A stretch of 64,000 nucleotides of DNA, taken from contig CAVYTA010000006.1 in the NCBI GenBank assembly GCA_963771355.1, positions 1,376,001 through 1,440,000 of the forward strand, given 5' to 3'. A program made the position numbers and the translations under genes. Below, in pieces: positions 28,129 to 37,774 of the stretch. The DNA comes from an uncultured Candidatus Rokubacteria bacterium. Its GTDB lineage: Bacteria; Methylomirabilota; Methylomirabilia; Rokubacteriales; CSP1-6. The notes under the pieces are model-generated. The model was not told the DNA's origin. It saw only the letters and a program-made list of their open reading frames with translations, and made no database searches. The stretch's first letter is position 1; each line of letters begins with the position of its first letter.

Positions 28129-29391
28129 ATGCCCGGGGCCGCGACGCCGCACGTGGTCATCGTGGGGGGCGGCTTCGCCGGCCTCAACGCCGCTCGCGTG
28201 CTCGCGCGCCGGCCGGTGCGCGTGACCCTGGTGGACCGCCGCAACCATCACCTCTTCCAGCCGCTGCTCTACCAGGTCGCCACCGCGGGGCTCTCTCCCG
28301 CCAACATCGCCACCCCCCTGCGGTCGATCCTGAGAAAAGCACCCGGCGTCCGCGTGCTCCTCGCCGCCGCCGAGCGCGTGGAGCCGGCGGCACGCCGCGT
28401 GATCCTCGACGAGGGCGAGCTGACCTACGACGCGCTCATCCTCGCGGTCGGCGCCACCCACTCCTACTTCGGCCACGACGAGTGGGAGACGCTGGCCCCC
28501 GGGCTCAAGACCCTGGAGGACGCGCTGGAGATCCGCCGGCGCGTGCTGCTCGCCTTCGAGGCCGCCGAGCGCGCGCGCGACGGCGCCGAGCGCCGCGCCC
28601 TCCTCACCCTGGTGGTCATCGGCGGCGGCCCCACCGGCGTGGAGCTGGCCGGCGCGCTGGCCGAGCTCGCGCGCCACACCATCGCCCGCGACTTCCGGGA
28701 GGTGGACCCGACCCAGACGCGGGTCGTCCTCCTCGAGGGGGGACCGCGAATCCTCGCGACCTTTCCCGAGGACCTCGCCCGCGCGGCGGCGCGCAGCCTC
28801 GAGCGCCTCGGCGTGGAGGTACGCACCGGCGCCCTGGTGACGCGTATCACGCCGGATGCGGTGTGGGTGGGCGGCGAGCAGATCCGTTCGCGCGCCGTGC
28901 TCTGGGCGGCGGGGGTGGCGGCGGCCCCGCTGGCCCACACGCTCGGCGTGCCGCTGGACCGCGCCGGACGCATCCCGGTCACCCCCGATCTCTCGGTGGC
29001 GGGGCATCCGGAGATCTTCGTGGCCGGCGATCTCTGCGCCTTCAGCCACGGGACGGACGGGCCCCTTCCCGGCGTGGCTCCGGTGGCAATTCAGCAGGGG
29101 CGGGCGGCGGCCGCCAATGCCTGGCGCCGGCTGGCCGGCGAGGCCACGCACCCCTTCCGCTATCGCGACCGCGGCAGCATGGCCACCGTGGGCCGCGCCG
29201 CCGCGGTCGCGGTGATCGGCCCCCTTCGGCTCTCGGGGCTCACCGCCTGGCTGGCCTGGCTCGTCGTGCACATCGCCTTCCTGATCGGCTTCCGGAACCG
29301 TTTCCTCGTGCTCTTCGAATGGGCATGGGCGTACAGCACGTGGCAGCGGGGCGCCCGCCTGATCACCGGCTGCTGGCGCGGTCCGGCCTAG
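28129..29391 (+). CDS. ndh: Type II NADH:quinone oxidoreductase-family flavoprotein
   Basis: VVIVGGGFAG, NHHLFQPLLYQVAT, IGGGPTGVELAG, WAAGV, AGD, APVAIQQG. Confidence 0.92.
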   Translation: MPGAATPHVVIVGGGFAGLNAARVLARRPVRVTLVDRRNHHLFQPLLYQVATAGLSPANIATPLRSILRKAPGVRVLLAAAERVEPAARRVILDEGELTYDALILAVGATHSYFGHDEWETLAPGLKTLEDALEIRRRVLLAFEAAERARDGAERRALLTLVVIGGGPTGVELAGALAELARHTIARDFREVDPTQTRVVLLEGGPRILATFPEDLARAAARSLERLGVEVRTGALVTRITPDAVWVGGEQIRSRAVLWAAGVAAAPLAHTLGVPLDRAGRIPVTPDLSVAGHPEIFVAGDLCAFSHGTDGPLPGVAPVAIQQGRAAAANAWRRLAGEATHPFRYRDRGSMATVGRAAAVAVIGPLRLSGLTAWLAWLVVHIAFLIGFRNRFLVLFEWAWAYSTWQRGARLITGCWRGPA

Positions 29392-29439
29392 TACACTGGA
29401 ACGGTCCCACTACACTGAACCCGGAGGATTCGAGCGTCC

Positions 29440-31017
29440 ATGCCCCTCATCGCGTATTTCTCGATGGAGTACGGGTTGCACGAGGAGTTCCCCTCGTACG
29501 CCGGCGGTCTCGGTATCCTCGCCGGGGACTTCATGAAGTCGGCGGGCGACCTCGGGATGCCGGTGGTCGGCATCGGACTGCGCTGGGCCCAGGGCTACAC
29601 CGCCCAGCGCATCGGCGAGGACGGCCAGCCGGTGGACGAGTGGCACGATCACAAGCCCGACTTCCTCACCGATACCGGCACGCGGGTGCGGGTGCGCGTG
29701 GCCGCCCGTGAAGTCGAGTGCCGCGTGTGGCGCGTGGCGCGTTACCAGATCGCGCCGCTCTTCCTCCTCGAGCCCACCGACCCGCGCGACCTGTGGATCA
29801 CCCGCCGCCTCTATGACCCCCGCCCCGACTGCCGCATCGCCCAGGAGATGCTGCTCGGTATCGGCGGCATGCGCGCCCTCCGCGCCATGCACCAGCCGGT
29901 GGACCTCTACCACTTCAACGAGGGGCATGCGGTGTTCGCCGGGCTCGAGCTCATCGCCGACCGGATGGAGGCGGGGCATCAGTTCGAAGACGCGTGGCAG
30001 GCGGTGCGGCCCACCATCGTCTTCACCACTCATACCCCGGTGCCGGCGGGAAACGAGGCGCACTCGCTCGACGATCTCCACCGGCTCGGCGCGGACTGCG
30101 GCCTCCTGCCCGCCGAGCTGCGCGCGCTGGGCGGCGATCCGTTCAATATGACGGTGGCGGGGCTGCGCCTGGCCCACCGGGCCAATGCGGTGGCCCAGCT
30201 GCACGGCGAGACCGCGCGGAAGATGTGGGCGGGCGTGGAGGGCGCCGCGCCCATCATCGCCATCACCAACGGGGTCCACGTGGGCACCTGGCAGGACCCG
30301 CGCGTGCCCTCGGCACTGTCGAGCGACGGCGCGCTCCGCGCCACGCGGCGCGAGCTCAAGGAGGAGCTCTTCGCGGAGGTGGCACGGCGCACCGGGGTGC
30401 GCATGGACCCGGGCGCGCTGACCATCGGCTTTGCCCGGCGCGCCGCCACCTACAAGCGCCCCGATCTCCTCCTCCGCGAGCCCCAGCGCCTGGCCCGCCT
30501 CCTCAAGGAAGGGGGCGTGCAGGTGCTCTTCGCCGGAAAGGCGCATCCCGCGGACCAGGAAGGCAAGGCGGTGATCGCAAACCTGGTCCGGACCATCCGC
30601 CAGTGGCCGGAGTCCATCGCCTTCCTCGAGAACTACGACATGGGGCTGGCGCGCTTGCTCACGCGCGGGTGCGACGTGTGGCTCAACAATCCGAAGCGGC
30701 CGCTGGAGGCCTCGGGGACCTCGGGCATGAAGGCGGCCATGAACGGCGTGCTCAACCTGTCGGTGCTGGACGGCTGGTGGCCGGAGGGGTGCGAGCACGG
30801 CGTCACCGGCTGGGCCATCGGGGACGACACCGAGCCGCCCGACGTCGACCGCCGCGACCTCGCCGCGCTGTACGACACGCTGGAGACCGAGGTGCTGCCC
30901 ACCTGGGCCGCTCCCGACCGCTGGACGCGGATGATGCGCGCCTCCATCAAGATGGGAGTCGAGCGGTTCTCCTCCGACCGGATGGTGCGCGAGTACTTCG
31001 AGAAGCTCTACGTCTAG
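29440..31017 (+). CDS. glgP: Alpha-glucan (glycogen/maltodextrin) phosphorylase, compact form
   Basis: AYFSMEYG...YAGGLGILAGD, HFNEGH, FTTHTPV, FARRAATYKR, GKAHP, EASGTSGMKAAMNG (PLP lysine). Confidence 0.92.
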   Translation: MPLIAYFSMEYGLHEEFPSYAGGLGILAGDFMKSAGDLGMPVVGIGLRWAQGYTAQRIGEDGQPVDEWHDHKPDFLTDTGTRVRVRVAAREVECRVWRVARYQIAPLFLLEPTDPRDLWITRRLYDPRPDCRIAQEMLLGIGGMRALRAMHQPVDLYHFNEGHAVFAGLELIADRMEAGHQFEDAWQAVRPTIVFTTHTPVPAGNEAHSLDDLHRLGADCGLLPAELRALGGDPFNMTVAGLRLAHRANAVAQLHGETARKMWAGVEGAAPIIAITNGVHVGTWQDPRVPSALSSDGALRATRRELKEELFAEVARRTGVRMDPGALTIGFARRAATYKRPDLLLREPQRLARLLKEGGVQVLFAGKAHPADQEGKAVIANLVRTIRQWPESIAFLENYDMGLARLLTRGCDVWLNNPKRPLEASGTSGMKAAMNGVLNLSVLDGWWPEGCEHGVTGWAIGDDTEPPDVDRRDLAALYDTLETEVLPTWAAPDRWTRMMRASIKMGVERFSSDRMVREYFEKLYV

Positions 31018-31028
31018 CCGGCGCGAGC

Positions 31029-31480
31029 TTACTTCGCCTTGGCGATCTCGTCGGCCAGCTCCTGGGCGCGCTTTTGTCCATGGGCTGGAGGCGCTCCAGG
31101 ACCTTCCGCGCCTCCTCCACCTGCCCCATCTTCACGTAGGCCTCGCCGAGATACTCGAGCGCCTCCGGGAAGCGCGGCTTGAGCCGCAGCGCCTCGTCGT
31201 AGGCCTTCACCGAGTCGGGATAGTTGCCCACGTTCCTGAGCGCGTAGCCCAGCTCGTTCCACGCCTCCGGGTAGTCGGGCTTGAGCTCGGTGGCCTTCTT
31301 GAAGGACGCCACCGCCACCGACCACTCCTTCGCTTTCTTGGCGCGCACGCCCTTGCCGTACTCCTCCTCGGCCGGTGTCTGTACGGGACCTCGGCTGGGC
31401 GAATACGGGGTGGACTCGGCGCGCGCGGCGATGGGCGCGGCCACGATCAGAGCAAGAGCGAGCGCGATCAATGTCGTCAT
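31029..31480 (-). CDS. Exported TPR protein; apparent 1-nt frameshift near 31072-31075
   Basis: Signal peptide; TPR repeats (PEAWNELGYAL, PEALEYLGEAYV); natural end KRAQELADEIAKAK* lies in a shifted frame. Confidence 0.8.
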
Positions 31481-31530
31481 AGGGCCTCCCTTCGAGCGTG
31501 GGATTCGTGGGCCTGCGCGTGACGGGACTA

Positions 31531-32715
31531 TCATAGCCCCCCGCGCAACCCCGTCCCCCGAATCGGTCGCACCGACAGCAACGCGAGCACGGCTGCGAGC
31601 GCGCAGACCCCGCCCGCGACCGCGAAGGCCGCGGTGAAGGCCCCGCTCCAGCCCAGCGCGCGCTCGAGCCCGCCGAACACGGTGGCGGAAGCCTGGACCC
31701 CCGCCACGATGCCCAGCGTGCGGCTCATGAAGGCCAGGCCGCCCGCCGCGCCCTGCCCCGCCGCCGGGAAGGCGCGCATCACCTGGGTGAGATTGGGCAC
31801 CTGGAAGAGGCCGAGGCCCAGTCCCACCAGGGCCAGCGCCGCTCCCACCAGCGGCCACGACGACGTCGCGTCGAGGCGGCTGATGAGGATGAGCCCGGCC
31901 GCTTCCGCCGTCAGCCCGAGCGTGATGGGAAGCCGCGGGCCCGCGCGATCGGTGATGCGGCCGGCCAGCGGCGACATGGCGGCGGTGCCGAGCGGCGTCA
32001 GCGTGAAGAGGAGGCCCGCGCGCGCGGTGGAGAGCCCGAGCACGCCCACGAGATAGTAGGGCACCAGGAGCCAGACGGCGAACTGGGCCCAGTTCGCGAG
32101 CGCGGACAGGAGCAGGGCGCCCAGCACACTGCCGCGCAGCCATTCCGTGCGCGGCGGGAGACGCCACACGCCCCCGCGCCCGCCGCGGGGCAGCTGGAGC
32201 AGCGCGAGAACACCCACCGCGAGGGCGAGCGGGGCGCGATAGAGGAAGACCGCGCGCCAGCCGGACACGTCCACCAGGGCGCCCCCGACGATGGGCCCCA
32301 GCGTCAACCCTACTCCCATGCCGAGCGCGAGGCGGCCCAGCCCGAACCCGTGACGCTCACGCGGGAGCGCGAGGGTGATCAGCGCCGGCGCGGTCCCGTA
32401 GATGAGGCCACCGCCCACGCCCTGCAGCACGCGGGCGGCGAGGAGGAGCCCGAAGGACGACACCACGAGATAGCCCGCGAAGGCGGCGGTGGAGATCCAG
32501 AGCCCCGCCGTGAACACGGGGCCCGGGCCGAAGCGATCGGCGAGGAGCCCCGCGCCGAAGGCGGTGAGCGCATACGTGAGCACGTAGCAGACGATCACCC
32601 AGCGAATGGACACCGGGCCCACGTCGAAGGCCACCGACATGGCGGGAAAGGCGATGTTCACGGAGGCGTCGAGCGAGACCACCAGCGCGCCAAGCGCGGC
32701 GACGGCGACGGACAC
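31531..32715 (-). CDS. MFS transporter (EmrB/QacA-like, shortened); start uncertain
   Basis: LDASVNIAFP, GLLADRFG, ARVLQGVGGG, GPIVGG...GWRAVF, GRITDRAGPR. Confidence 0.85.
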   Translation of the reverse strand: MSVAVAALGALVVSLDASVNIAFPAMSVAFDVGPVSIRWVIVCYVLTYALTAFGAGLLADRFGPGPVFTAGLWISTAAFAGYLVVSSFGLLLAARVLQGVGGGLIYGTAPALITLALPRERHGFGLGRLALGMGVGLTLGPIVGGALVDVSGWRAVFLYRAPLALAVGVLALLQLPRGGRGGVWRLPPRTEWLRGSVLGALLLSALANWAQFAVWLLVPYYLVGVLGLSTARAGLLFTLTPLGTAAMSPLAGRITDRAGPRLPITLGLTAEAAGLILISRLDATSSWPLVGAALALVGLGLGLFQVPNLTQVMRAFPAAGQGAAGGLAFMSRTLGIVAGVQASATVFGGLERALGWSGAFTAAFAVAGGVCALAAVLALLSVRPIRGTGLRGGL

Positions 32716-32764
32716 CAGAGTATACTAGCCGGGCTGTCCAGCCATTTCGAGGAGGTTTTCAGCG

Positions 32765-33553
32765 ATGCGCTTGAGAAATCAGGTCGCCCTCGTCACCGGC
32801 GCCGGCCGCGGCATCGGCGAAGCCATCGCGCGTGCCTTTGCCCGCGAGGGCGCGCGCGTCGCCGTGGCCGACATCGATCCGCGGACCGCGGCCGCCACCG
32901 CGCGCCGGCTGGGCGCGGGCCGCGGCCTCGCGCTGCACATGGACGTGGCCGATTCCGCGTCGGTGGCCGCGGGCTTCGCCGTCATCGAGCGGAAGTGGAA
33001 GCGCCTCGACATCGCAGTGACCAATGCCGCCATCGAGCCCATCGTGCCCTTCCTCGAGCTCACCGAGGACACGTGGGACCGGGTGCTCGATACCAACCTC
33101 AAGGGCACCTTCCTCGTCGCGCAGGCGGCCGCGAGGCGGATGGTCCCGCGCCGCCGCGGGGTCATCATCACGCTGTCGTCCGTGAACGCGGAAGTGGTGC
33201 GGCCGGAGTCCGCCGCCTACGGCGCCTCGAAGGGCGCGGTGCGCCAGCTCACCAAGGCCATGGCGATCTCGCTGGCGCCGTACGGCATCCGCGTCAATGC
33301 CATCGGCCCGGGCACGGTGGTGACGGGGCTGACGCGGCATCTCCTCCGCAAGAAGACGTGGCGTGACGCCGTCTACGCGCGCACGCCCATGCAGCGCGTG
33401 GCCGACGCGAAGGAGATCGCGGCGGTGGCGCTCTTCCTCGCCTCGGACGAGTCCTCCTACATGACCGGCACCACCGTCTACGTGGACGGGGGCCGGCTCG
33501 CGCTCAATGGCCTGATGCCGCCCAAGGGTTCCCGCCGCCGGACCCGTCGCTAG
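32765..33553 (+). CDS. Short-chain dehydrogenase/reductase (classical SDR)
   Basis: TGAGRGIG, NAAI, YGASKGAV, IRVNAIGPG, VDGG. Confidence 0.92.
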   Translation: MRLRNQVALVTGAGRGIGEAIARAFAREGARVAVADIDPRTAAATARRLGAGRGLALHMDVADSASVAAGFAVIERKWKRLDIAVTNAAIEPIVPFLELTEDTWDRVLDTNLKGTFLVAQAAARRMVPRRRGVIITLSSVNAEVVRPESAAYGASKGAVRQLTKAMAISLAPYGIRVNAIGPGTVVTGLTRHLLRKKTWRDAVYARTPMQRVADAKEIAAVALFLASDESSYMTGTTVYVDGGRLALNGLMPPKGSRRRTRR

Positions 33554-34288
33554 GTGCCGGAGCCGGCCGGCTGGCTCGCGCTGGGCCTGGCCGCCATCGT
33601 CGCCTCGTCCATCGGCGGCGTGGCCGGCTTCGGAACCGGCGCCATGATGATCCCCGTCATCGCGTGGACCCTCGGGCCCAAGGCCACCGTGCCGGTGCTC
33701 ACGGTGGGCATGTTCATCGGCAACGGCGCGCGCGTCTGGTTCTCCCGCCACGAGATCGACTACCGCGTGGTGGGGGCGTACCTCCTGGGCGCCATCCCCA
33801 CCGGCATCGTGGGTGCCGTCCTCTACTCCTCCATCGAGGGCGCGTGGATCAGCCGCCTGCTGGGCGGCTTCCTCCTCATCGCCGTTCCCGGCCGCCGCTG
33901 GCTCAAGGCCCACGGCATGCGGGTGCGCCTGGTCCACTTCCCGCTCATCGGCGGCGTCTTCGGCTTCCTGTCCTCGCTGGTGGGTGCGGTGGGGCCCATC
34001 CTGAGCCCGTTCTTCCTGGGCTACGGTCTCCTCCGCGGGGCCTACGTCTCCACCGATGCCCTCTGCACCGTCGGCACCTACTTCACCCGCGGTCTCGTCT
34101 TCCACCGCTATCACCTGATGACGGAGCCCACCGTCACCGTGGGGATCTACATCGGGGTCATCATGATCGCGGGCGCGTGGATCGGCCGCCGGCTCCTCGA
34201 CCGGATGACCGAGCGGGCCTTCCTGCGCCTGATCGAGACCCTGCTCGTGCTCTGCGGCCTGCAGATGCTGCTCTTTCCCGCCCGTTGA
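33554..34288 (+). CDS. Sulfite exporter TauE/SafE family membrane protein
   Basis: GGVAGFGTG..MIP, GAVGP; about 8 TM segments. Confidence 0.82.
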   Translation: MPEPAGWLALGLAAIVASSIGGVAGFGTGAMMIPVIAWTLGPKATVPVLTVGMFIGNGARVWFSRHEIDYRVVGAYLLGAIPTGIVGAVLYSSIEGAWISRLLGGFLLIAVPGRRWLKAHGMRVRLVHFPLIGGVFGFLSSLVGAVGPILSPFFLGYGLLRGAYVSTDALCTVGTYFTRGLVFHRYHLMTEPTVTVGIYIGVIMIAGAWIGRRLLDRMTERAFLRLIETLLVLCGLQMLLFPAR

Positions 34289-34322
34289 CCCCGGCTTGCG
34301 TGTCGCGGTAGAACTGGGGCTC

Positions 34323-34730
34323 ATGACTTCGCCGCTGGCCCCGGGCCTGTCCGCCGAGATCCAGATCGCCGTCACCCGCGAGCTCACCGCCGACGCCCTG
34401 GGCAATACGGGGGTGCTCGTGTTCGCCACCCCCCACGTGATCGCGTGTCTCGAGAACGCCTCCAGCGTGGTCCTCAAGGGCCACCTCCCACCCGGTGGGG
34501 GGTCGGTGGGCACCATGATCGAGATGAGGCATCTCGCCGCCACCCCGATGGGCATGACGGTGCGGGCCAAGGCCACCATTCTCGAAACCGACGGCAAGCG
34601 GGTGCTGTTCGCGGTGGAGGCCTGGGACGAGGTGGAGAAGATCGCCGAGGGCCGCCACGAGCGTTTCGTCGTGGGCAACCTCGAGCGCTTCCTCGAGCGC
34701 GCGATGGCCAAGGGCAAGTCCAGAAGCTGA
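34323..34730 (+). CDS. Fluoroacetyl-CoA thioesterase (FlK)-like hotdog thioesterase
   Basis: VFATP..IACLENA, SVGT..EMRHLAATPMG, GRHERF. Confidence 0.87.
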   Translation: MTSPLAPGLSAEIQIAVTRELTADALGNTGVLVFATPHVIACLENASSVVLKGHLPPGGGSVGTMIEMRHLAATPMGMTVRAKATILETDGKRVLFAVEAWDEVEKIAEGRHERFVVGNLERFLERAMAKGKSRS

Positions 34731-34740
34731 GGAGATCCCC

Positions 34741-35196
34741 ATGCCCATATCGATCAACACGAGCATCAAGGGCAAGGAGTACGCGCCCTACGTGGTTCAC
34801 GTGGAGCGGGGCAAGATCAAGGAGTTCGCCCGCGCCATCGGCGACCTCTCCCCCTTCTATCTCGACGACGAGGTGGGGCGCGCGTCACCGTGGGGCGACA
34901 TCATCGCCCCGCCCACCTTCGCCATCACCTTCCGCGACGAGCGAGCCGACACCGGCGCGCTCCTGAAGGATCTCGGCACCGACATCTCCCGCATCCTCCA
35001 CGGGGAGCAGGAGTTCGAGCACTACAAGCCCATCCGGCCCGGCGACACCCTGCTGTGCCGGGGGCGGATCTCGGACGTCTACGAGAAGTCCGGCAAGTCC
35101 GGCCCCATGGCCTTCGTGGTCCGCGAGACCACGGTCACCGACGCCGACAACGAGGTGGTGGCTCGGGTCCGCGGCATCACCGTGGTCCGTCTCTGA
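34741..35196 (+). CDS. MaoC dehydratase N-terminal-type protein (HadA-like)
   Basis: VERGKIKEFARAIGD..P.Y, APPTF, ILHGEQEFE...PI..GD. Confidence 0.85.
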   Translation: MPISINTSIKGKEYAPYVVHVERGKIKEFARAIGDLSPFYLDDEVGRASPWGDIIAPPTFAITFRDERADTGALLKDLGTDISRILHGEQEFEHYKPIRPGDTLLCRGRISDVYEKSGKSGPMAFVVRETTVTDADNEVVARVRGITVVRL

Positions 35197-35203
35197 GGAC
35201 GCC

Positions 35204-35656
35204 ATGAAATACGCCAAGGTCTATTTCGAGGACGTCGAGGTCGGCAGCGAGATGCCCCCGCTGGTCAAGGGGCCCATCGAGCAGATTCAGCTCACACGCT
35301 ACGCGGGCGCCTCGGGCGACTTCAACCCTATTCACCAGGACGCCGCCTTCGCCCGGGCGGCGGGCATGGGCGACGTCTTCGGTCACGGCATGCTCTCCAT
35401 GGGCTTCGTGGCCCAGTCCGTGACGGATTGGCTCGGGGTGGGCACCGCGCAGAAGATCGGGGTGCGCTTCGCCGGCCTGGTGCGCCTGGGCGACGTCATC
35501 ACGTGCCGCGGCAAGGTCATCGCCAAGCGGCCCGCGAAGGAGCCTGGCCGCGGGCCCGGCCAGGTGGACCTCGAGCTGTGGGCGGAGAATCAGAAGGGCG
35601 AGAAGGTCGTCACCGGGCGCGCGACGGCCACCCTCGTCTCGCGCGAGAACGAATAG
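35204..35656 (+). CDS. MaoC-family (R)-hydratase/dehydratase (HadB-like)
   Basis: RYAGASGDFNPIHQD..FA..AG....GHGML hydratase-2 motif. Confidence 0.88.
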   Translation: MKYAKVYFEDVEVGSEMPPLVKGPIEQIQLTRYAGASGDFNPIHQDAAFARAAGMGDVFGHGMLSMGFVAQSVTDWLGVGTAQKIGVRFAGLVRLGDVITCRGKVIAKRPAKEPGRGPGQVDLELWAENQKGEKVVTGRATATLVSRENE

Positions 35657-35683
35657 GCGGAAGGTCGGCGAGGCGGACGACGC

Positions 35684-36220
35684 CTAGACGGTCCTGCCGC
35701 TCAGGAACTCACGGAGCGCGGCATCGGTGGACGGAAAGGCCAGCTCCGCCCACGGGATGTCCGCCGGGGCCACCCACTCCACGCGATCGCACTCGTGGCA
35801 GGTGGTCAGCGTGCCGCCGGTGACGGCGGCGCGGTACACGACGATCACGATGGGCGAGGCGCGATAGGAGTAGACCCCCACCAGCCGCCCGAGCTCCACG
35901 CGGAGCCCGGTCTCCTCCCAGGTCTCGCGCACCGCCGCCGCCTCCACCGGCTCGCCCCAGTCCACGAAGCCGCCCGGAAAAGTCCACTTGCCGTAGGACG
36001 GGTGGATGGCCCGTCGCGTGAGCAGGATCCGGCCGTCGGACTCCGGGATGGTGCCCGCGACCACCTTGTGATTGAGGTAGAAGACGAATCCGCAACCCGT
36101 GCACACCGGCTCGGGTCGACCCTCCGGCCCCACAGGCCGGCGCTCGAGAGCGCCGCCGCAGAGCGGGCAGAAGCGCACGCCGTCCGGCGTGAGCTGGCGG
36201 AGGGATTCGTTGACGCTCAT
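35684..36220 (-). CDS. NUDIX hydrolase with N-terminal zinc ribbon
   Basis: FCPLCG...CTGCG..FY.N; PGGFVDWGEPVEAAAVRETWEETG. Confidence 0.9.
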   Translation of the reverse strand: MSVNESLRQLTPDGVRFCPLCGGALERRPVGPEGRPEPVCTGCGFVFYLNHKVVAGTIPESDGRILLTRRAIHPSYGKWTFPGGFVDWGEPVEAAAVRETWEETGLRVELGRLVGVYSYRASPIVIVVYRAAVTGGTLTTCHECDRVEWVAPADIPWAELAFPSTDAALREFLSGRTV

Positions 36221-36337
36221 CCGCGCAGAGTCTACCATCGGGCAAGTATTATCTGCGGGGGCCTCGACATGGCCCCCGCACTCCCCCCAAGGTGGGCGAT
36301 CAACGCGCGTGATGACTTGCCCTGAGAGAAAGCAGTC

Positions 36338-37774
36338 ATGAAGTGGGTGGCGGCGAAGTCGGGCTTCGACGAGATGTTCGGGCGGGGCCACACCCCGCGC
36401 GCGCACTATGCCGCCCTCATCTCCATCCTCGAGTCCTTCACCCTCGAGGACGTGGCGCGGCGCGAGCGCCTCCAGCGCCTGGCCCTCATGAATCAGGGCA
36501 TCACCTTCACCGTGTACGGCGAGAAGGAGGGGCTCGAGCGCATCTTCCCCTTCGACTTCGTGCCCCGCATCATCCCCGCCCCGGAGTGGAAGCTGGTCCA
36601 GGACGGCCTCGTCCAGCGCATCACCACGCTCAATCTCTTCCTCCTCGACATCTACGGGGACCAGAAGTGTCTCGCCGACAAGATCGTTCCCGCCGAGCTC
36701 CTCCTCTCGCGCAAGGAGTACAAGCGCGAGCTGCGCGGGGTGGTGCCGCCGCGGAAGATCTTCACCCACGTGGTCGGCACCGACATCATCCGTGACGGCA
36801 AGGGCCAGTACCTGGTGCTCGAGGACAATTGCCGGGTGCCCAGCGGCGTGTCCTACGTGCTGGAGAACCGCACCTTGCTCAACCGCGTGTTCCCGGAGTT
36901 CTTCGCCTCCTACCCGGTGCGCCCGATCAAGGACTATCCGAGCCTCCTCCTCGACACGCTGCTGCACGCCGCCCCGCGATCCAGCCAGAGCCCGGTCACG
37001 GTGCTGCTCTCGCCCGGCATCCACAACTCCGCCTACTTCGAGCACTCCTACCTCGCCCGCGAGATGGGCGTGGACCTGGTGGAGGGCCGGGATCTCCTCG
37101 TCGAGGGCAACCGCGTCTTCATGCGCCGCACTCACGGCAAGCGGCAGGTGGACGTCATCTACCGGCGGGTCGACGACGAGTTCCTCGATCCCCTCACCTT
37201 CCGCCGCGATAGCCTGCTCGGCGTGCCCGGCCTCCTCAACGTCTACCGCGAGGGCAACGTGGCCCTGGCCAACGCGCCGGGGGCGGGCGTGGCCGACGAC
37301 AAGAGCGTCTACGCCTTCATGCCCGCCCTCATCAAGTACTACCTGGGCGAGGAGCCGCTGCTGCCCCAGGTGCCGACGTATCTCGGCGCCAGCAAGGACG
37401 GCCTGCGCCACATCACGGAGCACGCGCACGAGCTGGTGGTGAAGACCACCGGCGACGCGGGCGGGTACGGGATGCTCATGGGCCCCTTCGCGTCGAAGAA
37501 GGAGATCGAGGCCTACGTGGCCCAGGTGAAGAAGAACCCCGGCAACTACATCGCCCAGCCGCTGGTGGACCTCTCCTCGCATCCCACCCACGTGGAGGGG
37601 CGCTTCGAGCCGCGCCGCATCGACCTGCGGCCCTTCATCCTCTATGGCGACCGCATCCGCGTCCTGCCCGGCGGGCTCACCCGCGTGGCGCTGCGCCCCG
37701 GCTCCTACGTCGTCAACTCCTCCCAGGGCGGCGGCAGCAAGGACACCTGGGTGCTCGCGCCCCGCGACCCATGA
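36338..37774 (+). CDS. Circularly permuted type 2 ATP-grasp protein
   Basis: QGITFTVY, IFPFDFVPRII, VLEDNCRVPSGVSY, NSAYFEH, VIYRRVDDEFLDP, GGLTRVAL, NSSQGGGSKDTW. Confidence 0.93.
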   Translation: MKWVAAKSGFDEMFGRGHTPRAHYAALISILESFTLEDVARRERLQRLALMNQGITFTVYGEKEGLERIFPFDFVPRIIPAPEWKLVQDGLVQRITTLNLFLLDIYGDQKCLADKIVPAELLLSRKEYKRELRGVVPPRKIFTHVVGTDIIRDGKGQYLVLEDNCRVPSGVSYVLENRTLLNRVFPEFFASYPVRPIKDYPSLLLDTLLHAAPRSSQSPVTVLLSPGIHNSAYFEHSYLAREMGVDLVEGRDLLVEGNRVFMRRTHGKRQVDVIYRRVDDEFLDPLTFRRDSLLGVPGLLNVYREGNVALANAPGAGVADDKSVYAFMPALIKYYLGEEPLLPQVPTYLGASKDGLRHITEHAHELVVKTTGDAGGYGMLMGPFASKKEIEAYVAQVKKNPGNYIAQPLVDLSSHPTHVEGRFEPRRIDLRPFILYGDRIRVLPGGLTRVALRPGSYVVNSSQGGGSKDTWVLAPRDP

